Source: Octopus sinensis
Taxonomy: Eukaryota
Assembly (NCBI RefSeq): GCF_006345805.1
Contig: NC_043020.1
Coordinates: 1,116,001-1,180,000 of the forward strand
Direction of reading: 5' to 3'
Length of the DNA: 64,000 bases
Shown here piece by piece: positions 13,442 to 25,960 of this stretch; position 1 is the first letter of the stretch; every line of letters begins with the position of its first letter. Made by a program: the position numbers and the translations under genes. The notes below the pieces were generated by a model that was not told the DNA's origin, searched no databases, and saw only the letters and a program-made list of their open reading frames with translations.

Positions 13442-13918
13442 CCATAAAAACACATATATGTATATGCATATGTACACACACTCATATGCGTAGACAAGCG
13501 TATCACACAAAGCAACATATACACTATACGAAATTGATGTTGCATGTTTTAGTGGGAATAAGCTTTTTGCACGGCGACTCTGAATGTCGCCATTACTGCT
13601 ATCGTTTGAATAACTATCATGGCGATACTCAGAACGCCGGTTCATAAAGGTTCAGGTTCTAATTGTGGTAGTAGAAGTAGAAGTAGTAGCAGTAGTAGTA
13701 GTACTAGTAGTAGTAGCAGTTGTAGTAGTAGTAGTAGTAGAAGAGGAGGAAAAGTTATTGCAGTGGTATATGCCTATATACATATATGTGTATATATGTA
13801 TACATATGTATGTATATGTGTATCTATCTATTTATCTATCTATCCGACGTCTTGTACCCATATATGCATATGTATATACATATATGTGTATGTACTTATA
13901 TGTATGTATATATGTATG

Positions 13919-13971
<53 letters not shown>

Positions 13972-14024
13972 GCATGCATGTAAGTATGTATGCATTCATG
14001 TATGTATGTATGTATGTATGTATG

Positions 14025-14099
<75 letters not shown>

Positions 14100-15473
14100 A
14101 TGTATATATAGAAGGAGAGAGGGAGAAAAAGAGGCAGATATTTACTAATTTACAAAGTCGTAAACAATTGTGTATATAAAACTCCGTTGCGTATATGCTG
14201 TGTATATATATGTGCGTAAAGCGAAGCCAAAATCCACAAATTTTTCTACAAGAACACAAATCAGAAAATACCAAATTGCAAAATATTCTTCATTTACTTT
14301 TTGTCCATTATTTTTTTACCTTTTTTGTGTTTGTTTTTCTTCTAATTTATGAATGATTGTTTTTGTTTGTTTGTATTTTCATTTTGTTGTTTGTTTGTTG
14401 TTCATGTTGATGTTGGTTTTGTTCATTTTTTCGTTGTTGTTGTTGTTGTTGTTGTAATAACAGTGGTGAGGTTGGTGGTGGTGAGGTGGTGGCGGTTGTG
14501 GTGATTCGGGGTGGGGAACCGTGATTCGTTCTTTTTCTTTCTCTTGTTCGCGTTGTTGCTATTGCAATGGTGGCGGTCTTTGCGGTGGCGATGGTGGTGG
14601 AGTTTGCGATAATGGTATTGGTGGTGTTAGTGGTGGTGATTGTTGTGGTCGTGATACTGTTCACGGTGGTGATGGTGGTGTGTGCGGTGGTCGTAGTAGT
14701 GCGGTGGTTCTGGTGGTGGTGGTGGTGGTAGTGGTGGTGGTGACGGTAGTGATGGTCGTAACTGAGTTGGTGAACTTGCTTCATGTTGCTACTGATGTTG
14801 TTGCTGATCTTGCACTTGACCTTGTTGGAGGTGGTGGTGGTCATGTGGTGGAGACCCTAGTTGTGGCGGTGGTGATGGTGGCAGTGGTGGTGGTTGTGGG
14901 GACATAGTTGGTAATTCTAGTTGTTGGTGGTAGTGGTGAAGGTGGCGGTGGTGTTAGTGATGTTCATACTAGTAGCTGCGGTGTAGGTAAATAGTGGTTG
15001 CGGTGATAGTTATATTGATGATGACGACGACGTCAACGACGATGATGATGATGATGATGATGATGACGATGGCGACGACTATGGCGACGATGATGATGAT
15101 GATGATGATGATTATGATGATTATGATAATGATGATGACTATGGCGACGATGATGATGATGGCAATGACGATGATGTTGATTATGATGATGATGACGATG
15201 ACGCTTGTGGTTGACTGGTTGTTATTGTTGTGACGATTAAGTTAGCAATGCTGGTGTAGTGACGGTGGCGATGCTGATGATGCTGATGTCGCTGATGATG
15301 CTGGCGATGGCGGCAGTGATGGGTGACAGCGCGATAATGGCGGCCATGCGCAGTCAACTTGGGAAATCGCTGTAGTTATTGTTTAATTGTTGTCAGAGTT
15401 ACAATTCGTTTTCTTGTAGATCTTATTCTTGTTGTTCCTAAAGCTGTTAACATTGCTGTTGTTGCTATTATTA

Positions 15474-15530
<57 letters not shown>

Positions 15531-15531
<1 letters not shown>

Positions 15532-16086
15532 GAGTGAGAGAGCAGTTCATGCCATCAAAGTGACACTGGGGTAAAATATACGAAGCCCAATATACCCATC
15601 ATGACTACCCGTCTGATAAGGGCACACCAGGCACATGCATCACAACCATATGTGTGCGACATGGTGATCTCATATCAAGATAAACAGCACATGACCTTGC
15701 AGGTGGGGCCCAGTTAGAATTTTCTTCAGGTTGAGTAGCCCATCCCGCTCAAATGGTCCCTGAATAAGGGTTGTTTAAGGATGTTGAAAGAACCACCCAT
15801 GTTTCCAGAGGTGAATTATTCAAACCCCAAAGAATCCCTCTCAACACATGGCTATGATGCTCCCCCACTACTTCTGCTCGTGATCAGAGATGCACACATC
15901 GTCAGCCACTAAGGACATGCTCAACTGGTTAAGCTCAAACAACTGACAAGCAAATCTGTGGTATTGAGCAGAATATTTGCTGTAGCCCATCTTTTATACC
16001 AAGACAAAACAATGTACATGATAACACTTCCAATCAGTTAAGATCAGAAGCCATGAGAGCCACTGCCTGGTACTGCATCAGGGCAT
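15531..16086 (-). mobile_element. ~556-bp (AAT)n-tailed retroposon (LINE 3' UTR or non-autonomous derivative) within an (ATT)n tract
   Basis: The minus strand ends CTGCTCTCTCACTC(AAT)n, with (ATT)n on both flanks. Partial copies at 4378-4477 and ~48790-48935. No pol III boxes or ORF seen. Confidence 0.75.
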
Positions 16087-16591
16087 ATTATTATTATTAT
16101 CATTATTATTATTATTATCATTATTACTATCACTATTACTAATATTACTATTATTATTAATATTATTATTAATATTATTGTTATTGTTGTTGATATTATT
16201 GTTATTATTATTATGATTGTTATCATTACTATTATTATTATTATTGTTATTGTTGCTGTTGCTATTGTTATTATTATTATTATTATTATTAATATTAATA
16301 ATAATTTATTATGTTATTGTTATTATTATTATGATTGTTATCATTACTATTATTATTATTATTATTGTTATTGTTGTTGCTGCTCTTGTTATTATTATTA
16401 TTATTACTATTATTATTATTATTATTATTATTATTAGTTAATGTTGGTTTTCTCAAGTATCGTCGTGGTCGCCATTGCGTTTGTTGATTTTTGTCAGTTA
16501 ACATTGTTGTTGCTGTTATTCCTATAGTCATTTTATTGTTGTGGTTGCTACAATTCTATTCATAACAGAAGAGATAGTAGTAGCAGTAGCT

Positions 16592-16660
<69 letters not shown>

Positions 16661-16802
16661 AACAGTTATTGTTAGTTAATGTTAATAATTCTCAAACGTC
16701 GTCGTGGTCGCCGTTGAATTTGTTGAACATGGCGGAGTAGCGGCCATTGTTGATGTTGCTTCCAACACCATATTGTCGTAGTAGTTGTTACTAAAACATT
16801 TA

Positions 16803-16851
<49 letters not shown>

Positions 16852-17501
16852 TAGTAATTGTTATTTTTGTTTTAGTAGTAATTATTGTTGTTGTTGTTGT
16901 TGTTGTCGGTGTTGTTGTTGTTGTCGGTGTTGTTGTTTTTCCTGCTTTTCTGTTTTCTCTGTGCTTTTCTCCTTTGAAAACCACTTACAAACATCAATCG
17001 GTTTTGCCAACGACCACAACAAAAGACCGGCGTGCCGATGAATTAAACCGTTCTTTGAAATAAATCGTTGAATTTATTATAATTGCAGGGAATGTAGTGT
17101 TTGGGTTAGAATAGTTGGCTAAATAAGCTTCTTTGTGTCTTATATCTGGTTTGAGGAATCGCTGTATTCAACAATAACAATGTAATTCAAAACAAGATAA
17201 TATATAGACACAGATGCACGCAAACACACGCAAACACACGCACACTGGAGTATGCATATATACATATACTCACACTCTTTATTCTTAGACTCCATCTAAT
17301 GTAGGAGCTACTACATGGTCACATGACATGCTAGATATAGTGACCCAAGTGTTACTCATATCATACTATTTTACGTTATGTGTTATCAGTTCGACGCATC
17401 ATATTTAGTAACTTCATTGCCAAGAGTTATGGCCATGGAATGAAATATTCGTCGCGTTTCTTTGAATATTCTTTTCTATGACATCTTCATGCCTTGATCC
17501 T

Positions 17502-17816
17502 GTGGAGGTACATGGCCTAGTGGTTAGAGCAGCGAACTCGCGGTCGAGGGATCGCGGGTAGGGTTCGAATCTCAGACCGGACGATGTGTGTGTTTATGAG
17601 CGAAGCACCTAAGCTCCACGCGGCTCCGGCAGAAGTTAATGGCGAAACTTCTGCTGACTTGTTCGCCACAACTTTCTCTCACTCTTTCCTCCTGCATCTT
17701 GCAGCTCACCTGCGACGGACCGGCTTCCCGTCCAGGTGGGGAACCTACACGCCAAGAAACCGGGAAACCGGCCCTTATGAGCCAGACATTGCTCTTGAAG
17801 GAACAAACAACAACAA
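17502..17816 (+). mobile_element. SINE head A + tail X
   Basis: A box TGGCCTAGTGG, B box GGTTCGAATC, tail GGCCCTTATGAGCC...GAAGGAACAAAC(AAC)n. A 14-bp TSD with 2 mismatches: CATGCCTTGATCCT 17488-17501 / CATGCCTTCATCGT 17817-17830. Confidence 0.9.
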
Positions 17817-17949
17817 CATGCCTTCATCGTGACAAATTTGTCACACCTCCCTGGGCCTGAGAACACAAATAGCCAGAACAAGCGCCACACTAAAGATTTC
17901 TCCGATGCTCTGTCCATTGTCTCTGTCCACTTTTCGGAACAGTTATTTA

Positions 17950-18162
17950 TATTTCTTTACTACCCACAAGGGGCTAAACATAGAGGGGACAAACAAAGAC
18001 AGACTAACGGATTAAGTCGATTACATCGACCCCAGGGCGAAACTGGTACTTTATTTATCGACCCCGAAAGGATGAAAGGCAAAGTCGACCTCGGCGGAAT
18101 TTGACGAAATACCGCTAAGCATTTCGCCCGGCGCGCTAACGTTTCTGACAACTCGCCGCCTT
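17950..18162 (-). mobile_element. SINE B monomer with small internal deletion
   Basis: 17-bp TSD TTC(G/A)GAACAGTTATTTA at 17933-17949 and 18163-18179. Confidence 0.88.
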
Positions 18163-18203
18163 TTCAGAACAGTTATTTAATTTACACACAGCGAATAGAT
18201 ATA

Positions 18204-18451
18204 ATGTTCTTCTTGAGCCATGCCAGGCTCATAAGGGCCACTTTCTCGGTTTCAGTGGCGTAGAAATTCCCCATCTCGACGGGACGCCGGTCCGTCGAGA
18301 GGATTACTCATTTTTGCCAACTGAGTGGACTGGAACAACGTAAAATGAAGTGTTTTGCTCAAGAACACAACACATCGCCCAGTTCAGGAATCGTACCACA
18401 ACCTCACGATCATAAGTTCAACACCCTAACCACTAAGCCACGCGCCTCCAC
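18204..18451 (-). mobile_element. SINE head D + tail X
   Basis: Head GTGGAGGCGCGTGGCTTAGTGGTTAGGG, central TTCTTGAGCAAAACACTT, tail X. A 13-bp TSD GCGAAT(A/G)GATATA at 18191-18203 and 18452-18464. Confidence 0.88.
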
Positions 18452-18864
18452 GCGAATGGATATAGACAAAGTTAACTTCTGCGGAAATCGAACTCAGAAG
18501 GTAAAGCGCGGAAACAAAAACTGCACTATTTTATATCCGATACTCTAAGGATTCTATCAAACCAGAAGTCTTGAATGGGTGTCTTATTTCAAAGACACCG
18601 CAAGGATAAAAGCCAAAAACAGAAAACTTCATCGGAATTTGAACTCGAGACGTAAGTAACCGGAAAAAGTACCAGGTGTTTTGGACCACCTGACTATCCT
18701 GCTACTTCGCATACGGCAATATGAAAAGGTGAGGTCGGTCGCATTGTTAGAGTGGTCCTACATATACAAAAATGTCCATGGATAGGTGTATTGTCACGAT
18801 AGTAGTGGTGATGGTGGTGGAGGTGGTGTTGTTGTTGTTGGTGGCTGTTGCTGATGCTGTTGCT

Positions 18865-19227
18865 GTTGAGCGAACCGGTCTTCGTCCCAGAGCTCGCAAG
18901 GTGGGAGAAGTCCGAAACGTGGTCCTTTGCTATTCGTAAAACCCGCAGAAGAGAAAGCAGGTCAACCCCCGACACCGACAGCATCGACGGATAGATGAAT
19001 GCGCATCCAGGCTCAGCGGTTGCTTAGGAAGTCGGGGGACTGGAAGAGAGAGTGAGAGAAAGTTGTGGCGAAAGAGTACAACAGGGGTCACCACCACCCC
19101 TGCCGGAGACTCGTGGAGCTTTAGGTGCTTTCGCTCAATAAACACTCACAACGCCCAATCTGGGAATTGAAACCGCGATCCTCCAACCGCGAGTCCGCTG
19201 CCCTAACCACTGGACCATTGCGCCTCC
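18865..19227 (-). mobile_element. SINE head A + tail W
   Basis: Head A followed by CTGAGCCTGGATGCGCATTC...GGACCACGTTTCGGACTTCTCCC...TTCGCTCAAC and (CAG/CAA)n; same tail as 61840-61999. Confidence 0.88.
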
Positions 19228-19228
19228 G

Positions 19229-19275
<47 letters not shown>

Positions 19276-19455
19276 GGTGAAATGTGGCAGCGGTGATTAT
19301 TGCGATGGAGTTGGATGTGGGTGGGTTGCCGATGTGGATAGTGCCACCGATTCTGGCAAAGGTTGTTTTGGTGGTGATTGCGTTTTGTGGAAAGTCCCTG
19401 GAAAGGTCAGATATATATCATAAGCTAACTTGCTCAAGAATAACCTGGGGTCAAG

Positions 19456-19511
<56 letters not shown>

Positions 19512-19654
19512 CTCTTTTAGACTAGAAAACCTGACTGTAAGAAAGTGGTTGTTTTATTTGTTTCAGTCATTTGTTCGATAAAAATATTCGAATCTTATCT
19601 GATATCAAATTATTGTGGGTTAACACTTTTTTGGCACCAAATAACCTTTACACA

Positions 19655-20222
19655 TTCATACGTGTATGTATGTATGTATGTATGTATTTATGTATGTATG
19701 AATGTATGTATATATGTATGTATGCATGTACGTATGTATGTGTGTGTATGTGTGTATGTGTGTATGTATGTATGTATGTATTTATGTATGTATGAATGTA
19801 TGTATATATGTATGTATGCATGTACGTATGTATGTGTGTGTATGTGTGTATGTATGTATGTATGTATGTATGTACGTATGTATGTATTTATGTATGTATG
19901 TATGCATATATTTATGTATGTATGTATCTATGTATATATGTATATATTTATGTATGTATGTATGGATGGATGGATATATGTATGTATGTATTTATGTATG
20001 TATGCATTTATGTATGTATTTATGTATGTATGTATGTATGTATATATTTATGTATGTATATATTTACGTATATATGTATGTATGGATGCATGGATGTATG
20101 TATTTATGTATGTATGTATATGTATATATATGTATGTATGTTTTTATGTATGTATGTATTACGTACGTATGTGTGCTTGTGTTTGTCTTTGTTTGTGTGT
20201 GTGTGGTGTGTGTGTGTGTGTG
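19655..20222. repeat. Degenerate (TATG)n/(TG)n satellite
   Basis: Long tetranucleotide tract; the source of the MYVC-repeat ORFs. Confidence 0.95.
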
Positions 20223-20408
20223 AGGCAGCGATCTGGCAGAAACGTTAGCACGCTGGGCTAAATGCTTCGCAGCATGTCGTTTGCCTTTACATCCTGAGTT
20301 CAAACTCCGCCGAGGTTAATTTCGCCCCCTTTTATCGTTTCGGGGTCGATAAAGTAAGTACTAGTTGAACAAACGTGCTAACCTTGAGCCAGAATTTGAA
20401 AATAATAT

Positions 20409-20485
<77 letters not shown>

Positions 20486-21128
20486 ATGTGTGCGTCTCTC
20501 TGTGTGCAAGCGTAGCTGATTATTTTAATGGCTTAGACGAAAGAATAACAGCAACTTAATGAGCCTCTTGAAGTCCTCTGAGACTGGCGAAAGGCGAGAA
20601 CATCTTAACCTCAGATCAGAAATCTGACCTCTCTGCTTGTAACAGAGTTACAAAACCTACTCATATGCAGTTACCCATGCTATGGCTGCCCATGTGTCGA
20701 CTGATGATGTTAAATTGATGGATGGCTTAAATCTATTCCGTAAAACACGGTTCTCCCAACAGTTCTCCCAACAGGTTTCCATACAATCTCCGCCGACCAA
20801 ATTTAGCCCACAAAACAATCAATCAACCAGGAATTAATGCAGAAAATGCTAGCAGCCATCCCCGTATGCCGCACAGTAGACTTGAACCCTGAAACAAGCA
20901 GTTCGGATATGAATTTCTTAACTATATATTTCCTGAGCCCTTTGACACATGAACCCGGGGTACCCACCCGATTTTCGAGCCGTACAAGTAACAGAGACAC
21001 ATTTCACTGAACAGGATGCCGGTGTTGTAGGGTTAAAGGCGGGCAAATTTGAGGAGAATAGACGTGTCGATTACTATGACCTTATTGCTTGATTGCTACT
21101 TTATTTTATCGACCCCTAATGAATGAAA

Positions 21129-21376
21129 TTCACTAACGGACACACTGCGGAAAGAACCCTCAAATGTGACATGACGTGCACTTGACTGGAACCCGCAGAG
21201 GAAAATGAAGCGAGGATGACCGAAGCAGACATGGAAGCGGAGCATTTTGGACGAGCTCAGGACTACCGGCCTGACATGGGAATCAACCAAGAAACACGCT
21301 AATGGCTGCAAAAAGTGTAAAACAACTGTTGAGGCCCTATGCTCCACAAGGGGAAAAAAGGATTAAGAAGAAGAAG
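21129..21376 (+). mobile_element. 5'-truncated RTE-clade LINE 3' end inserted into a SINE B
   Basis: The frame from 21133 reads TLRKEPSNVT*RALDWNPQRKMKRG*PKQTWKRS...VEALCSTRGKKD* (stop 21364-21366), the RTE C-terminal pattern, with an (AAG)n tail. An 11-bp TSD AATG(A/G)ATGAAA lies at 21118-21128 and 21377-21387. Confidence 0.85.
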
Positions 21377-22055
21377 AATGGATGAAATAAAAGTTAAAGT
21401 TGACCTCGGTGGAATTTGAACTCAGAGCTAGAAGAAATTCCGCTAAGCTTTGCGCCTAAAGTGCCAACGATTCTTCCAGCTGGCCGGCCTTCTTGATCCC
21501 CCATTGCTATACATATATCATAGCTGTAGATGTGTCGAACAAGGCTTTATAGATAAATATTCTATCGTAGAAGATGCGTTTAGATACCAGTATGGAATAC
21601 CAAGATCATTTAAATAGTCATATTGAAACGTAGTCGTCGTGAGCAATAACGAAACAATAGGATCGATAGATCAATGAATGCGTAGTAATCTAGTACATTT
21701 TTTACGCAGCGTTAGGAGCATTACTTGACATTGAAAGAACTTTACGTTCCTTATTTCATAGAAAAGAGTCGATATATCTAACTAGAGACAGGAAGAAGAC
21801 AGGTCAGGTTACCCTGACGATTATAATGCAAAATTGCATAAGAATTACCAATGATTTGATACAGAAGAAAATACACAGATACTGTTGCTATATCTGTTTA
21901 CTATATTTGTAGTAAAAAGATATAGTAAACTATTGCTATATCTGTTTACTATAAACTTGCCAAGCTAAGGCACAACGCACTCACACTATCTAAGCTTCGT
22001 TTCTCGAAGTAACAGCCACATGTGTGTGTATATATATATCGCCATGATAAATCGT

Positions 22056-22225
22056 TAGCCACTACACACATTTTTTTCTCTCCTTGTTTTTTCTGTGTCC
22101 CTTTCTGTAGAAGAGTGTAGGCTCGAAACGTAAAAGACTTTTTCAATTCCTGAGCGTTAAACTAATACATCTATTTGTATTGTACACCACCTGTCTTCGT
22201 CTTTTGTTTTTTTCGTAAACTCTCC
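22056..22225 (+). mobile_element. ~170-bp hammerhead-carrying element (H family), copy 1
   Basis: Motif CTTT-CTGTAGA-A-GAGT gtag GCTC-GAAACGTA-AAAG at 22101-22136. Starts TAGCCACTACACAC, ends CGTAAACTCTCC + (TA)n. Four more copies in the window. Confidence 0.75.
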
Positions 22226-22261
22226 ATATATATATATATATTATATATATATATATATATA

Positions 22262-22500
22262 ATACAAAATGGGACAAGAACGCAAAACATCCAAATAGAC
22301 GATACAAAAAACACGGGCGGGTCATTCGAAGCCTTTAATCTTCAGTCAAGAACCGGATCATCCTCGCAATTTCGGCAGATTAATCTTGAGATTCCTCCAA
22401 TCTGGTCAGCCCCAAGGAAAAACTAAGCTAAGAGCATTAGATTCCTCGGAAAAAGGATCGAATGTGTACGAAACAAGGACAGAAAAACAGACGATATTAC
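22262..22500 (-). mobile_element. Unclassified interspersed repeat (P), inverted copy of 42217-42415
   Basis: CTAAGAGCATTAGATTCC(T/C)..GGAA is the reverse complement of TTCCAAGGAATCTAATGCTCTTAG at 42217; similarity continues for ~190 bp. Confidence 0.65.
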
Positions 22501-22530
22501 ACGAATAAAAATACAAAAAAATAATAATAC

Positions 22531-22561
<31 letters not shown>

Positions 22562-23169
22562 TGTATACACACAGATATAGCTAGATAAATATATCACACA
22601 CACTTATATATATGCGTCACTGTGTGGTAAGAAGCATGCTTACCAACCATATGGTTCCGGGTTCAGTCCCAATACGTGGCACCTTGGACAAGTGTCTTCT
22701 ACTATAGCATCGGGCCGAGCATGAGTGGATTTGGTAGACGGAAACTTTTGTATTATTTAACATTTATTGTAGTAATTATGTACTGCTATTATTCTTATAA
22801 CCTATTTTCCCATTTCTAATTATTAATTAATAATTAAAGAAGTGAAGTTTTTAAAGTGCAAAAAATATTTTAATTGGGTTATTTTTTAAATTTTTAATAG
22901 AAGTAACAAATAACTACAAGTAGAAGTAATAACTTGTAATAAAATTTTTATTTTTGATAAAAGCTAATATTTTCTAAACCTAAATATTTTATTCAAAATT
23001 TTATCTTTAGCTGCAATATTTTAAGCAGAAATGTTCTTGTTCTGTACTTTACGAAATATAACAAGCTATCCTGAACTTTTCCAAGTGTAGTAACTTGTCC
23101 TGTTATTTTCCAGATTTATAATCTCAAGAATATTGTTTCTCTTGCTCCCATTTTCCCCGCTAACTCCAC

Positions 23170-23336
23170 AAATTTTCTTTATTCTTTCTCTCTCTTTATT
23201 TCCTCGTGTTCCTTTCTGTTGAAGAGCGTGGGCTCGAAAAGTAAAAGACTTTTTCCACCTTCCCGAGCGTCAAAATAATACACTTACTTGTTGTTTATAC
23301 ACCTGTCTTCGTCTTTTGTTTTCTGTATATTTCAAC

Positions 23337-23338
<2 letters not shown>
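23170..23338 (+). mobile_element. H family copy 2
   Basis: CTTT-CTGTTGA-A-GAGC gtgg GCTC-GAAAAGTA-AAAG at 23212-23247, then the shared GAGCGT..AATACA..ACACCTGTCTTCGTCTTTTGT and (TA)n. Confidence 0.75.
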
Positions 23339-23375
<37 letters not shown>

Positions 23376-23494
23376 GGTTTAAGCAATTAAGATTCAAATG
23401 AGTTCTATTGAATTCACAAGAATATGGTACTTGACTTGGATGCACCAGAAATCTATATGGTGTTAACCATACGATAAAGTGGGGTGATTACAAA

Positions 23495-23649
23495 TAGGAA
23501 AAAAGCAACAAGAATGGATCAAAATATCGGTACAATTGTTTCGTACGAAGACATCTATATTTACTGCAATTTTTTGTGCCTTATTAAAGATGTCTTCGTA
23601 CGAAACAATTGTACCGATATTTTGATCCATTCATGTTGCTTTTTTCCTA
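23495..23649. mobile_element. Near-perfect palindromic element (62-bp arms, 31-bp spacer)
   Basis: Arms 23495-23556 and 23588-23649 differ at one position. Shares the AAGCAACAAGAATGGAT terminus and GTGGGGTGATTA leader with 11573-11664. Confidence 0.8.
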
Positions 23650-23821
23650 TATATTATATATATTATATATATATATATAAATATATATTATATACATAGT
23701 CAATGAGATGTATACAGTGAATATAAGACTGACGCTCAAAGAAAGTTTTTACATAGCGGAAATGGGAGTGGAAGTGACGTTTCAAGCCTGGCTCTTCCTC
23801 GGAAGGAGGAAAGAGTCCAGG

Positions 23822-23975
23822 CACTCTGTGTCATGCTGAATCTTCCTGAGAACTACATTAAGGGTATACGTGTCGGTGGAGTGGTCAGCCACAAACACGT
23901 AAATTTCACGAGCAGGCTGTTCCGTTGATCGGATCAACTGGAACCTTCGTCGTCGTAACCGACAGAGTGTCACGA
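23822..23975 (+). mobile_element. 5'-truncated SINE tail Y
   Basis: CACGAGCAGGCTGTTCCGTTGATCGGATCAACTGGAACCTTCGTCGTCGTAACCGAC matches the 3' part of 31-409. Confidence 0.8.
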
Positions 23976-24116
23976 CGATATGTATATATGTATGCATGCA
24001 TAGGTATATGCATTTGTGCATACATGTATGTATGTATGCATGTATGTATGTATGCATGTATGTATGTATGCATGTATGTATGTATGGATGGATGGATGGA
24101 TGGATGGATGGATGGC

Positions 24117-24216
24117 NNNNNNNNNNNNNNNNNNNNNNNNNNNNNNNNNNNNNNNNNNNNNNNNNNNNNNNNNNNNNNNNNNNNNNNNNNNNNNNNNNNN
24201 NNNNNNNNNNNNNNNN
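24117..24216. other. Scaffold gap (100 N)
   Basis: A run of exactly 100 N between (TGGA)n and unique sequence. Confidence 1.
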
Positions 24217-24755
24217 GTTTATGGAGGATTCGAATCACAAACAAACTGCAAAAAATTACATACATGTATAAATATGCATATATAAATTAATGAAAGAGTT
24301 TACGCATAAATACATACATACAGTCATACATACATACATACATACATACATACATACATACATACATACATACATACATAGTCACAAAACACGCACACGC
24401 ACATACATACACACACTCATATAGAGTTTAATTCAGAAATTTCCATATTACTTTCCCGCGTTTATACGGCTTCGAATTTATACAAGGTTCTAGTAACAAG
24501 CACGTTACCGCAAGTGAGGAAACTTATGTTGGCTTTGCAGCCGCAGAATTGTGTCTTCAAATTATACATATCTCCCATCATTAATGAAAACATATCAGTT
24601 TGAAAGATACTGTTCTCGTCGGATGACCCCATAGACTTCAAACAAAAGGATATAACCATTTTTAAACATGATACATTAATAATGGAACTCAAAATATATA
24701 CATTGTTTCTCTTGTCATATCTGTGATTGTATCCTTATGTTTGAAGTCTATACAG

Positions 24756-24838
24756 TCATCTGATGAGAACGGCTTCTTCCAAATTGATATAAGGCTTTAT
24801 TAATCAATTAAAGGTGACGCTCGAAACGGCTGTAATGA
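24756..24838 (+). ncRNA. Candidate type I hammerhead ribozyme, canonical core
   Basis: TCAT-CTGATGA-GAACG...CGCTC-GAAA-CGGCTG-TA|ATGA. Stem I TCAT/ATGA; stem II GAACG/CGCTC (one mismatch) with a long insert; near-palindromic stem III ACGGCTGT; GUA cleavage triplet. Confidence 0.55.
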
Positions 24839-24900
24839 ATTGACATCTTTGCTACTCTTTTATATTCCAAATATATATATATCTATATATATATATATAT

Positions 24901-25158
24901 ATAGGCAAGGAAAATTGTAAAAATGCAGAATGCTCGATTGAAAGAAAATTTTAATGAATTGAGATAATGAAAAAATATATAAATATATATTTATTCAAAC
25001 CGGTTTTCGTCATAGTTTGACTTATCAAGAATAGTTAGGTGAAAAGGTTTTTTAAAAACCGGTTTGAATAAATATATTTTATATATTTTTCATTTTCTCA
25101 ATTCATTAAATTTTCTTTCAATCGAGCATTCTGCATTTTTACAATTTTTCTTGCTTAT
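24901..25158. mobile_element. MITE-like fold-back element (~105-bp arms)
   Basis: 24901-25007 is the reverse complement of 25055-25158 with few differences; TA at both ends; next to (TA)n. Confidence 0.75.
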
Positions 25159-25201
25159 CATTTCTCACGTGCGGTCAACACAACCCCACCATTTATTGAT
25201 C

Positions 25202-25244
<43 letters not shown>

Positions 25245-25284
25245 ATGTGGTGTGTGTGTGTGTGTGTGTGACCTCGTGTGTACC

Positions 25285-25463
25285 GTTGGCGATTCTTTTC
25301 CTCTGTCTTCCCTTCTCAGGATCTTTCCTTCTCCTATCTTTCCGACGAAGAGCTCTGCTCGAAACGTTAAACCCTCCTTCTTCCCTTCTTTCCTGAGCGT
25401 CCAATAATACTATATTTGTTCCACGTCCTCGCGTTGTTGTGTTTTCTTGTTTGGATTAACTTT
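25285..25463 (+). mobile_element. H-related element with CCGACGA hammerhead-like core
   Basis: TTT-CCGACGA-A-GAGC tct GCTC-GAAACGTT-AAA at 25339-25371, then CCTGAGCGTC...CCACGTCCTCGCGTTGTT. A partial relative lies at ~59803-59900 and a decayed minus-strand relative at ~1590-1650. Confidence 0.6.
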
Positions 25464-25924
25464 ATATATGTATACACTAGCATAGATATGTGTATATATC
25501 AGATATAATAATGAATTGAAAGCAGACAGTGATATTTTAATCATTTAATACGTACGTTTCGGGTTTGCGTACAATATAATAAAAACTACATCCATTACAT
25601 AAACTTTCCTCAGTTAAAATATTTCAAACTATGAAACAATTGATGGGTCTATTTCAATATATATAACTAGGGCAGTAACTCGGCTCCTGAGTTAGGAGGA
25701 TGGTTAAAGGGGAAGACAGAAGGGGGAGAGAAAGAGAGAGAGGGGAAGAGAGAGAGAGAGAGAGAAAAGGCAGAAGAAAAGGAGAGAGGTGTGATAGCAG
25801 AGAAGAAGTAGAAAAAGGAAGTACGTGTGGACAATTTTGAAAGGAAACGGGATAATTGTTTGCATGCGAAATCTGAAGAAAATTATATAGCATAGTGAAT
25901 TGAGAGGAACAGCCAACTGGAGAG

Positions 25925-25960
<36 letters not shown>

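Noticed and set aside
13550-13660. Unique stretch with GGCGAC/GTCGCC hairpin and short open frames
   Set aside because: No convincing donor/acceptor pair or recognisable protein.
16438-16730. ~55-bp diverged direct repeat (TTAGTTAATGTT...CGTCGTGGTCGCC) 235 bp apart
   Set aside because: It is embedded in trinucleotide tracts and most simply explained by slippage duplication.
24117-24216. Adjacency across the N run
   Set aside because: Scaffold gap of nominal size; true distance and content are unknown.
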